The notes under the pieces are model-generated. The model ran no database searches and was not told where the DNA came from. It worked only from the letters and a program-made list of their open reading frames with translations. Below, piece after piece: positions 30,201 through 43,400 of a stretch of DNA of 64,000 nucleotides. Both the position numbers and the translations under genes were made by a program. Position 1 is the first letter of the stretch, and each line of letters begins with the position of its first letter. Origin of the DNA: Balanoglossus misakiensis (taxonomy: Eukaryota; Animalia; Hemichordata); assembly GCA_040954595.2 (NCBI GenBank), contig CM082578.2:8789519-8853518 (forward strand), written 5' to 3'.

Positions 30201-31422
30201 TTGCAAAATATAAGAAACAGAAGGGCAGTCCTGACAAAAAATCTGATGCATTGAATTAAAACTCAGAGAAGGGGAAAACAGTGAAAAATGTACATCGTTG
30301 GTCCTCCCCCGCAACCTAAGCAACCATATTACATTGCAAGCATAACATCACGTCTCCTCCAGATGCATTTCTCGTTAGGCAACTATTTCATATCGCTGCA
30401 GTTGGAATTAGAAGCACTCAATTTGACAAGGAGGCCACTTATGATCAGACAGGGGATACGTCTCCCATCTGAGCTGTAATCAACCCTGGCACTCCCCCAA
30501 TTTAATTTTAATCTGTCAATCACGCGGAATATAATCTCTCAGGGGGAAAAAAAACGCCATGGGGGAGAGAGAGTATCGGTGGCAAGAAATATGTGTGAAG
30601 AAGAACAACTGATATCAAAATTCAACCAACAAAAATAAGTCGTACTGGGTGCAGTCGGAGAAAAAATGATAAATTTCTTCCTTGGCCGACGAAACAGTAA
30701 CTTGGTTGGAGACAGCGGATGTACAAGTACAACCGTACTTGATGTGGGGTATGTTGAATGTTAAGACTGACCTCAGTCAAGAAATACATGCAATATGATT
30801 AATTCATGGGGCTGCATGTGAAATGAAAAGACAACAGGCACAGGAGAATTGGCTTATTCGTTCAATGGTAGGGGAGGCACACTGCAAGGGTGGGAAACAT
30901 GAACAATATGGGGAGAGATCACATGGGTATGTACCCAGTGGACATTCACAGATAGGTTACAGATATGAATGACAACAGTACACTGCCATCTCAACTCCAA
31001 TCTCCAATATGCCTATACGCACGCGCACACACATGCACAAACACACACACAACTGAAGTGCAATATCTTGCAAAATATTCACCTGCAACCTCTTAAATTC
31101 ACAAGAATGCAAATATCAAACACATACACACAGCAGAATCTTTCAGTCGATCAAATTGGAAAAAAAACATTCACAGCAAAGACTCTTTTTATCAGGTAAC
31201 ACATACATCTCCCACCACATGTAGGTCAAAGTCATAAGTGACCTCATTAATATTAACACGAACAATCGTACCAGAGTACGTAATGGGCTCACGTTTTCCC
31301 TCACTGGAAAACCTGGATGCTTTTGTAATCTTATGGAGATGACACACATACAAGTGTTTCATATCATGAATACAACATTCTTAAAGAGACATGTACTCAT
31401 GCCAGACAGCCTGACAAAGACT

Positions 31423-31466
<44 letters not shown>

Positions 31467-34400
31467 TAGACTGACAGACAGATAGACAGACAATCTGGGC
31501 TTACCACAACTTTGAATGGGCCACCAGTGATAGCCACGCCACCAAACTTGATGTCCAAGGTGTAACGCCCTGTAGCGGGACATGTCCAAACGATGTCGAA
31601 TGTACCATCGCCATTGTCGATCACTTTGACATCACCGACGTCGGTGCCGTCGGGTGCAGTCACTGTGGCTGTGACGCGTCCCTTGCCAGCGTCGCGGGAG
31701 TTCACCTTGATGACAGTTTCTTCGTGAACAGTGACAGTCTTGGTGATGGTCTCTCCTGCAGGGAAGGAAATAACAAAAAGTCAAAAATTTGAAGACAGAG
31801 AAAATGGCAATTGACAGGGAAAGGAATGACGCCTTTGCTGTAGGATTTGCATTAAAAAAAGACTAACTCTCACACGACGGAAAAATCAAACAGCACACAA
31901 ATGTTCAGTACTATAAAATCACATGACTGTCTCTCGCCCATAACAGTTGAAAAACCGACCAGCACTCAAAGCTGTGCGAGACGCACCAAGTTCCAAAGAT
32001 TCCAGTTCACATAACTTAGTTCCTTTTTCACTGCCGCAATATAACCAAACTCAAATTTCAAACAATCCGTCCGTTCAAATAACCACTAAAATTCCCCCCC
32101 TTGAGCGAGCTTCAGAAATGTATCCCCCCCCCCCCCAACAAGGCCCTGATTTGCTAGGAAAAACAGACGACCCACAGGTCGGTGGAAGAAGCCTCGCTGC
32201 CCAAAGAGGACACGGATCATGGTTCAGCCGAGAGAGAGCGAGAGAGAGAAGTGCTTAGAGAAAACTGGGCACAGTACTTCTAGGGTACATTCTTGACAAG
32301 GACAGAAAAATATATATACAGCAGGCAGAAAATACTTGTCAAACATTGCACAACTCAGACGGCACTTAATGCAACTGTGGAAAATCACTCTGGATCAGAA
32401 CACCATAACAGGTGCAGGGACTAAATATGGACAAGCCTCTGCCTCCAGTAATAAATGGACGGATTCAATTGTGAAATAAATGCTCATAATAAAACAATTT
32501 CAGAGGTCCAAAAATGGTTTTGGTCAGATCTCCAATTTCAACTTTGTCCAGAAAAAAATATAATTTTACAATTTGTGACATACATGTATCTTTTTAATCA
32601 ATAATTTGAAACGATGCAAAGATGTTTTCACATGTTGTCATGGCAATGCCATGACAACACATACAAACATGGCAATGACATGACAACATATACATGTAGT
32701 GTACTACCAAAGCCAGACCAGTACCCTCAGTATATAATGTCATATAGAAAATTGTCAGAATAGATTTCGTATTCTGAGACAGCCAGCGTGCCATACTCCC
32801 TGAATCACTTGAAATACAATCTACACAAACTATTCAGGGGGATAAAGACACACTCTGTCTGCAGCTTTCGCCCATAACTCATCCAACACACCCACACATC
32901 CCCACACAGTCATAGGATGAGTCAGTGTGAAATCACTCCATACCACCTACAGTGACTTTCCCAGACAATGAATATAATACACATATTTTCCTGTTTCTTT
33001 TTTTTAAAAAGGTGGAAAAAATGACAACATTTTCAAATGTGCAAAATGTGAAAACGACACTGTGCATTAACCAGTTGAACCCGACTCAGAAGAAAACTTC
33101 TAGGTCACAAGAGGGTCAGGGTTCAATAGGTTTAATAGTGAGGGGTAAATCGAAACAAGCATAACAAAAACACACAACAAGATGACGCTTGATTTCTACG
33201 ACTTTCTGAGTCAGGCAATGGTTATAGACAGGTATCTCTATGGAATAGCATATACATCTATATACATGCTGTTAGAGATGTATCTTATGGAATATGTTAT
33301 ATATAATATGGCCAAGTCCATTTTTTAACTGCATGCAGCTCTGTACGGAATAGGATAATATCAGTTAGTATAGAGAAAGTGTTACTGTATATTTTTGCAA
33401 AACAGCACTCATTAAAAACAACACGGGATTGCACACACGGCTGCTGCATGACATCTATTTTCTCTACAGCAGTGAAAGAGAGAAAACAAAAACAAAGAGG
33501 AGGGTCAGAAAGCCAGGGAGTCAGACACTGCACTGTTGCTATGGCAACTGACCGGCAATGAGGATGATGATGGTGATGTTGGTGGAGATGAGGCAGAGCC
33601 ATCTGAAACACAACTGTGAGCAGTTAATTATGTCTGGAGGAGGGTGCAAAATGGGGGGTGGGGGAGGGGTGGGGACAAAAACAAGTTTCGCAAACAGAAT
33701 GCAGTGAGTCTGTTATTATTATTTTGTTTTTTAAATCTCTATGGTTTGGGGGTTTCGGTTGTTCTCTTTTTTTTTTATTTATTCACTCCAGGAGAGAACT
33801 CCTTACTTGTAGTGGTTGTGGTGGTTGTTGTAGTTGAGGTGGATGCATAAGACGAGACAGAGCCCTCAGTGTCCGTGCTCATGCGTCTCACGATGGGAAT
33901 GTCCACGTCTCCACACTTAACACCTGTGAAATGGAATTAGAGGGGGGATAAAAGAAGGAAGGAACCGGGAGGAATGGCGTCAGTTATTCTGGTTATAAAA
34001 GACCTGAAAAAAGTCGAGCTTGTGGGGTATTTTTTCTTTATATAAGTCTGTATGGTTAGAATGAATCCTACCAAAGGCATCTGCAGTAGTTGGCATGATA
34101 ATGATCTCGTTGCAAATTGGGAACTGGCTACACTGTCACAAACTATTTTAAACCATCAGTTATGGTCCAATTTGTTAGGGCACGATTTTTGAATACCTTG
34201 TGTCAAATAAGTGATACAAGACCTCATGGCAAATGATCACAATGTTTATTTTTGCAATTGTAGAATTTCCAGGTATGTGTGTGCCCACCAAGACAACCAT
34301 GGGGCCCGGGGACCCCTTGGCATTGACAGAAGGATGCGAGAAAAATTTGCAAATAAAGCTGCAGATTCTTTAAGGGTTTTTACTGTATGCAGATATCTGT

Positions 34401-37400
34401 GTTTAACATCCAGGCAATGCATCTTTAACGCCGCAGAACACATGACGATATCAATGTGCATTACTTCTATTTCAGAGTAGGGCTATGACAGAAGTCTTGA
34501 TCCTACTGAGCTCACATGCAAATCGGCCAACTTTTAAGAGCATTTTGCATTTAAGACTGCCAAAATGGCATGTGTCATGTCAGTTTTGAAGTGACCAATA
34601 CTTGGATTTAGCATCAACCATGCACCTGTTGACGGGTAACAAACTTTACTGATACCAAATCTGTCTTCCAGAGACTTTTTCAAAATTGATTACGGTTGCT
34701 TGATACAAATGACTCACCTTACTCTGCTATGAAGTAAATTTAATACTCTGATCATAAAAAGCTAGGCCATTATGTGAGAAATGTGGTTTCATTGCACTGA
34801 TATGGTTTAACCTGTGAATCCATAAAAGTTTGCATTTCAAAACATATTTAGACTTGATCTTTCACCTTTTTCTCATGAGGGTCCTATGCTTCTCTGTATT
34901 GGTGAGAAATGCAATAAATATCAAATTATGGCTGCAGTGCATAAATTTGATACGTATGGGTGTCGTATTATTCTGAACATGATAACTCTGCATGTTATCA
35001 GGGCTGGTTTGAAATCTATGATAATCCCTTCTGTTGGTATCCTGAACATTAGAACTGGAAATTTGAGATTTTGAGCAAGTTCACTTTCGGAAGATGAAGG
35101 CGCTTAAACTAAACCATCCCTCATCCATCAAAGTCAAACTTGGCAAATAAGCAAAGTTGGTGTAGTGACACAAAATATATCAGGTCTTATTACAGCCTGG
35201 TATCTTCAAATACTACAATAACCAAGGTCAAAGTTCACACTTAAACAGTTGTCCCAGAATGCATTTTTGAATTTGGCCCTTGTTCCCTACCCTCTACAAA
35301 AGGACCGTTGGGAAACATCGTTAAGTGCATCGAAAGTGATAATGCATTTCGCAGGACAATTTCTGAAAATTGGTGTATTCTTGGGTGAAAAACAATAACA
35401 CTATATATGGCTTTGATCTCAACTATAACTTAATACAGTGGTCGTACCAAAGCTTGTCAGAAAAAAAAATGTCAAGAAAATGCACACCATCATTCTCCAG
35501 TCATAATCAGAACATGCAACTTGCTTTTGAAACACCAATATTACACCTCAGTTGAGGTCGGTCAACATGTGTGAAAAATGTGTGTGTGAAATTCTTGTTG
35601 AGAGAAGATGCTATTCTAGACTATTGCTTTGTGGTTTGACATGCATTTGACTCCACCAGGCACTACTGAGATAATCACTCCGCAAGACAAACGTGAGGGT
35701 TATCTCTGCTGGCGTTAATAAACGATGCGGGATCAGCCCAACACTGCATTCCTGGGAGAGATGCAATTGGTTAGTGGAAGAAATTGTTTGTTAAAAGAAG
35801 TTAGTGGGGGGAAGAAAGTCTCCAAATGTCAACAAACAAATAAATAAAAACACAAGGCGCACACTCCACACGAAAAACGGGTCAATCCTGAGTTGCCAAG
35901 AACGGTGGTGATTCACACGCAAGTCAGTGTGAGTATAGAGTGTGTGGATTATATTACCCATATCACACTGAAAACAATAAAATAAAAATCTACTGTGGGT
36001 TTGTATAAAGACGAGCCCTGTCTTCGCGGAACTTACCGACGATCTCAACTTTGCTGGCGTCACCAGTTGGGCTGGTACGGACGTGATACGGCGAGTAAGG
36101 CACCTGGTCGCCGCCATATTTGACGGTGATGGTGTAGCGGCCGACATCGGTGGGAGTGTACCTGATTCTGTAGGTACCGTCGCCGTTGTCAATGATGTCG
36201 GGCTTGATGTGCTTGCCATTGGCATCCTGAATTTCAAGAAAAACAGACAATGATTTTCAATGATTCACATACATCTCAGAGAAATCGTTCATCGGTAAAA
36301 AAAATTGTATATATCATATGAAGGCAATTTTTGGGTTCTCGCAGACTTCGACACGGCAGATACAATGTACTCATAAACACATGACATGCCATAAACTACT
36401 GTCACTTACAGTGATGGTGATGGTCAGTTCGGCGTCACCGGCATCTCTCGTGTCGACAATAAACTCAATCGGCAAACTGGCAGGGATACCAGTCTTCTCC
36501 AAACCAGGTCCTTGAAGTTTGACCTTGCTTGCGTCGTGGGATGGTAGGATCTTGGTATGGAATGGGCTGAAGATAAAGAATTTATGCACGAAAATAAACA
36601 TTAATACAAGCAACATTTGAATTTGAAATACATACAATACATGACTGTGTATCTTTCGATTTTATATTTCAGGTTTTATACAGGATTTCAGCAGAGAATT
36701 ACGGACACCTTATCTTTGGAAAATATACAAAAAGAGATTGTTTGCCCATGCCATACCTTTGAGGGATCTGTTGATCGGCATATTTCACCTCTACATCACA
36801 TTTACCCTCTGTCTGGGGCATGTAAGTGCATTCAAAGGTTCCGTCACCATTGTCTTTGATCAGTGGCTTCTCCTTGGGGCCTGCACACACAAAAAATGAA
36901 AACAATGTCAAAGATGGAGGAAGGAAAGAACAGTTTTGACATTGTGTCTTTCTTATCTTCCCTTGTGTCTGCAGCTGAGACCCAATCACAAATCTATATT
37001 GCCAGTGTTGTTGTCGTCATTATTACCATACCTTGTAGGCTACAGCCATTATAGAACTCCCTATATCCAGACCTTATTTCTCATTCAAAGGCAATTTTCA
37101 GGGGAACAAAACGGTTTACGACCAAAAGGTAAGGAAAGAAAACTATACTCAACTCCACTTATCTGAGCATCACTCGTTGTGTTCTTTGAGTGAAAGTGTC
37201 ATTTTCTTGCAGTATCATGTGTCCTGTCTGTGAGGCTGTCTGTCTGTCCTTATCTCTATCTGTCTGACTCTCTGTATGTATGTACATGTATGTCAGTGGC
37301 TCTCTCACCTTTCTCTGGGATGACAGTCACATCCAATGGAGCCACTCCAGCCTTGGTGGCATCAACAGTGAAGGTAGCTGGGGCACCAGCACGGACACCG

Positions 37401-40400
37401 GCACGCTCCAGACCAGGACCGCTAGCCTTTACCTTGGTGGGATCAACAACATCTTGGACAGCAGCATGGAATGGACTTCCTGTAATAAATAATTTGCGTC
37501 ACAAGAAAATGAAATACTTGGTTTCATCACAGTGTACTGGCAAGTAAATGGTTCATATTGATATGTATGCTATCATGTGCATTTGAGCAATGCGTGTTCT
37601 GTGTATAAAGCAAAATTTAGACTTGTATTCTACAGCTCACATATTTGTTTTCATTAGGTCGGTTACAGTCTGAGAGGCTACGAATTCAAGAAATTCCTCA
37701 ACAAAGACATTGTAATTTTTATACAGTGTGGGGTACTTGAAACAGAAATCTAGCTCACCTGGAATATGCTGATCAGCAAACTTGATTTGGATATCATAGT
37801 CACCAGGCTTGGTGGGCATGTACTCGACACTACATGTGCCGTCCTTGTTGTCTTTGCAGGTCATCTTGGCCTCGGATGGACCCTCGATGGCCAGCCCCAG
37901 ACCTCCGGTTCCGGCGCCTTTGGTCTCCACGGTGAACTTGCAGGGTTTGTTGGTGTTTCCGCCTTCCAGGCCAGGACCGTAGGCCTTGCACTTGGTGGCA
38001 TCGCATCCTTCGACTACGCCAACCTTGAATGGGGACTTGCCGACCGGTTTGCCAGCGACTTTGACGTCGACTTTGTGAGGACCTGACAGTGAATGATTGG
38101 AATGAATGCGTGTTTTCTAGTGTTTTTGTTAAGGGCGGTACCCAGGTAAATGTCACTGGGGTTCCCAAGTCATTTTACCGGGGTTACTCTTGGTATATCA
38201 ATACAGTCATATTAGTACATACATGTAGCAGAAGCGTTACTGGGGTTCCCGAGTCATTTACCAGTGTACCCCGGGCCTTAGCAAAAACACTGATGTTTTG
38301 TTAAAGATATCCTGATGAATTCGCATCCCATGAATTCTTACACGGTGTGAGATATCTTCACAAGTATTTGTCCGTTTGAAAAACTACCACAGAAGTCAGG
38401 TCTCTGTACATGTATAGAACATACCGGCAGACGACTTCCACGATACCATTCCTGATTAAAATCCTCAATTATGTCACTAACCTTCCTCAGTTGGTGTGTA
38501 GGCAACGTTGTAGGTGCCATCCTTGTTGTCTTTGATGAGCGGTTCGGTCACTTGCCCAGCTGGGTTTGTAACAGCGCACTTCAGTGCATCCTTGGGGAGG
38601 CCTCCGATGGGTTTGGCATCGACCGTGAACTCCGTAGGTGAATCCAAAAACACTCCTGTCATGGGAAGGCAAAAAGATAAGTTGCTATCTGCACCCCATA
38701 ACAATATATTTACCAGTGAGAGAGTATTTCGTTCAAGTTCACTGTTTTGTGAAATACAACTTAATGATGATGGTTTTCTCACAAAATAACCATTGTCCGG
38801 CCAAGTTTTTTTTCATATGTATGTCAAAAAGAACTTATGGAAACTAATTATAAGAAAGTTTCACTCTAGAATAGGCATTGAGTAATACGTTGAAAACTCT
38901 GTTGATCAGAGAGTTTTCACAAATGTTGCCAATATTAGTAACATTCAGCGGACAGAAGAGCTGAACACTTTGGTGGGTGCTGGCATAAGAAGCGATTTGC
39001 GTTTGGTGCAATGTGCTCTTTTTATCACTCCTCTATAAGCCAGTCAGCTGTATGTATTCAAATAATATGCACTTTGAAATATTATTATCACGCCTACATG
39101 ATTGTGTATTTCAGTTTAACAGATTGATATTCCAGCAAAACTGAAGATTTTAAAAGTACAGCAAATGCAATTCTCACGAGAATGCATTATATTGTGTGTG
39201 TGTGTAAAATAAGATCAACGCTGTCAAAATTAAAAGTTAGAAATTAAAACAGAAAAAATGTTTGAGACATGCTTTTACAGCAACTGAAAATACTGTAACA
39301 ATAAAATACCATGCAGTCTGTAACTAATTAACAGAAATATATGAAATGAAAATGATGTATGTGTCTTGTTACAGAATGCAAAATATGTTAGAGAATGTTA
39401 ATAACAAGACTGGGTGTGTGCCAGACCCAGTCTTGCTTTTAGAATATGTGGAAAAACATGCGATGCAACCATAACTCAAGAGATTTATTTGATAATGTAT
39501 TTTTTTCTCAGTCCAATTTTTAGAAGGTGACTTATTTTTCTTGACCTTTCACCCCTGATTTCCCATGCACAACACAAAAAAGAATGGGGAATAACAAAAC
39601 CAGTCCAATGAGGCAACAGGTTTGAGAGCTTGTTGAAAACGTAGCAAGTTTGTTTTCTTTTACTTGAAAGACAGACTTTATCAACAAGAAAACAAGGAAG
39701 AAATTCTGAACAAGACACATAGAATATTTATGATCCAATATGGAAATAAGGATTTGAAAGAAAAACATGTGGAGTAGAGAGATGTTATGTAGATTTTACT
39801 GAAAAAAATATTCAAATTTGAACCTCCTTTGAATGAGAATGGTTAACAACTGATATGAGATGAACATGACAGTCAGATGAGATGGAGATGTCTTTTTATC
39901 TCTTGAAATATTAGTTTTGACTTTATGTAAAAATACTGTGACAGATATGCAATGAAAAGGTTGTTAAGAAAACCATGTATGACAAATGTAGTCATTCTCT
40001 GTCAGTACATGGATCAATGACACATAAGATGCAAGATTAATCTGAGAGAGAGAGAAAGAGAGAGAGATGGTTAGCGTCATGTGGACAAGACGGATATCGT
40101 TCTCTGTTACATGACTCTGCAGCAGCAGAAGATAGGTGGTGCTGCTCTGCCGTGACTGTTAGTTTCAGAGAGGATTCCGTGTCAGTGAACGAAGTCCAAC
40201 CATCGTTAGTATTAGAGATGCAGAGTAGATGCGCTACACCACTACGTTTTGATCGATCTCTAGTGCTACGTGTCACACAGTATGACAATTCATTGAAATT
40301 TACCCTTGGGTTCGATACCCGGTCCAAAGACCTTCACGGCGTCGGTCTTGACGGCAGGCTCCACTGGGATGGTCTTCTTAGCCTTGGGGACGTCGTAGCC

Positions 40401-43400
40401 GCCATATTTGACGTCGACCGTGTGCGGGCCTGGCTCCTTGGGGTAGTAGGAGACGTCGAATGTGCCGTCGTTGTTGTCGTCGACGTCGCACTCCACTGGT
40501 TTCCCGGTGGGGCTCATCACGGCACAGGTGACCGGTTTCTCTCCCTTCTCGACGGGGGCTTCTCCGGCCTTGGTGCAGTCCACCTCGATGTCGGCCGGTT
40601 CGCCAGCTCTGACGCCCGGCTCCAAACCGGGACCCTTGGCAACCACCTTGGAGGCGTCGAACACCTTGGCGGGGAACGGCGATCCCGGGATGTGCTGGTC
40701 GGCGAAGGTGATGTTGATGTTGTACTCGCCGATCTGGTCCGGCGTGTAGTTGACGGTGCAGGAGCCGTCGCCGTTGTCCTTGCAGTCGATCTTGGCCTCG
40801 CTGGGTCCTTCCACGGTCAGCCCGAGAGCGCCCGTGCCGGCTTCCCCGGTCTCGATGGTGAACGTGGCCACTTTGTTGATGTGGCCCCCTTTGAGACCCG
40901 GACCGTGCGCCTTGCACTTGGTGGGGTCGGCCCCGGGGACGGCGGTGGTCTTGAACGGGCTGTTGTTGATCGGCTTCAGACCGAAGGTGATCTCAATGGT
41001 GTACTCGCCCTCCTCAGTCGGAGTGAAGCTGACCCCGTACCCGTCGACGGTCTCCTCGGTGACGACCTCCACGGGCTTACCGGTCGGCGACAGGATGGTC
41101 ACGGTCAGAGGTGCCTCTCCGGCTCCGGACGTAATGACGTCAAACTCCACAACCTTCTGCATTGTGACCGCTGCATTAACAATTGAGTTGGTGGGATCAA
41201 AATCAACAGGAAAACATGCAATTTTCTACCACAGGTCGCATGCAACAATACTACATGTATACTCGGAAGGAAAGATCTATCAACAACTACCGGTAACAGC
41301 AATACGAGGAGAAAGAAATTCTTGGCTGCGTCTTGTGATGCAAATCACTGAACTTTTTGAAATGTCATGAACAGTGTCAACATTCAGAAAATTTAGAAAA
41401 AAAACTTTGGCAATTGATCTGTCAAATTGGACCTATATCATTTGATATATTTAGTACTTGATAGACACTATAAATGTTTAATCTACGTATACATGGCAGA
41501 CCCAACAAAGAAAACTCAGCAATGATGAATTTGGCAGCACACAGCACCATTTCCTTCCCCCTTGATTGTCTAATACCTAGCAAAATAACATGCAGGGCTG
41601 GGTATTTAAAATACCATCAATTATGAATGGATGCAACGAGGGTAAACAGTTTGAACTGTTTTTAAATATATCCACAGTGAGGCAGCTGCTGAAATCAAAA
41701 CACAGTGTAGTCTGACACACATTTCTCAAATCAACAAAAATGAAAGATTTTACTTGAAATAGTAAAAATTCCTTAACGAGGATGAAACCTAACTTACTTT
41801 TTTCAAGACCATCCACATACACTTTAGTCAAGTCGATCTTGGGTTGCACGTCCAGGTAGATGGGGCTCTGGGGGACAGGCTTGCCGTGGTAGCCGATAGC
41901 GATGGCATACTTTCCGGGATTCTCCGGGGTGTAGTGCACGGTGTAGGTGCTGTCTCCGTTGTCCTTGACAGTGGATTTGATCTCCTTCTCGCCTTTGGCG
42001 TTGACGCCCGGGGCTGACTTGACAGCCACATTGATGGGACCTATCAGGAAAGGTGGAAAAGAGGTACAGTCCAGGTCTTGTGAACGACAAATTAAACAGA
42101 AATATCAAAAGATGAAGATTTTGTGAGGAACAGAATATCCAGGAACTGGGAATCTGCCGAAAAAAGTGGTCCTACCTGGTCCACCGGCTTCCTTAACATC
42201 GATGGTGAAGTGGGTGGTTTCCGTGGCTACTACTTTGTCCTTCTCCACACCAGGACCATAGACTTTAACCTTATCGGCGCCACCTTCCACCTCCACTCGG
42301 AAGGGACTGTTGGGGATGACGATGTTGCCGAACGAGATGCTGACAGAGTGCTTCACGGGCCTCGGGGCTGTGTAGGTGCACCTGAACGTCCCGTCTCCGT
42401 TGTCCTTGATGTCGACCGGGACTTCGTTGGCGTACTGGTCGGTGACGGTGACCTTCAGTGGCGCTTTGCCGGCCGCCTTGGTGTCGACGGTGAACTCTAC
42501 CGGCTGGCCCAGTTTCGGACCGTTCTTCTCAACGCCTTTGCCGTATGCCTTCACCTGTGTTCAAAATAGTGCATCGAGTCAAGTGTCATCAATTAGCAAA
42601 ATCAATAAAACGACATTCGTAATTTAGTAAATTTGTCCACACATGGAAGACCTGCCAGATTTCACTCAGGAATTTCCAATGGTGGAAATCAGAATGAACC
42701 ATGGGGTTACAGGAACCAGTCTCACCTTTGATGGGTCGAATCCACCTGGGTTCAGCGAAATCTGAGCCATGTACGGGCTGTGCACAATGTCCTCATCGTC
42801 GCAAGTGATGTGAATGGCATATTCACCAGGTGCGGTTGGAAAGTAGGACACCTCACAGGAGCCATCGCCGTTGTCGACGCACTTGATCTCAGCCTCTGAG
42901 GGTCCCTCGATGGAGAAACCTATGTAGGCAAAAAAGTTGAATGAAGAAATCATCAATTTATTTATCCTATTTTTCCCAATATTTTTTTTCAAATGAAAAC
43001 AGATAATGAACAAAATACTGAGCAGAAACGGCAAAACAATTGAACGAAGAAATAATTTTTAATGGAAAAAATAGCAACTCATCATTTGAAAATAGTGGTT
43101 ATATTTCCTAATATTTTTTTCAAACGAAATACCACAGGAGGATACATTGTGTTCAGGAGATCAACATCTAATAACTGCAGCACAACACTGGACGCATGTG
43201 GCAGGAATCTTCGGCTTACCGAGAGCACCAACAGCACCGTTGGTTTCCACGGTGAAGTTACAAGGCGATCCCACGCAACCACTTTCCAATCCGGGGCCGT
43301 ACGCCTTGACGTAGGACAGTGGCGGTTCAGCCTCTGGCGAGATGTTGACGGTGAAGGGACTCTTCATCACGTGCTCTTTGCCGTAGGTGACATTGATGAT

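Larger units (their letters stand above)
8981..31504 (-). other. 22,524-nt phase-0 intron at hinge 1 (Ig15/Ig16 boundary)
   Basis: GTAAG donor after ...PFKVV and TAG acceptor before AEEG; no recognisable protein homology inside. Confidence 0.88.

Noticed and set aside
8981-31504. Nested gene or autonomous transposon in the long intron
   Set aside because: ORFs are 145 aa or shorter with no recognisable domain (no RT, transposase or endonuclease motifs) and no consistent exon chain. Degenerate repeats are likely but cannot be delimited by eye.
39405-39435. 11-bp stem hairpin (caagactgggt / acccagtcttg) followed by a T run
   Set aside because: Looks like a bacterial terminator but is irrelevant in a eukaryotic intron; too short for a pre-miRNA and probably a repeat remnant.
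40152-41370. Long plus-strand and alternative-frame ORFs (344, 206, 179 aa)
   Set aside because: Shadows of the GC3-rich 867-nt filamin exon; no independent homology.
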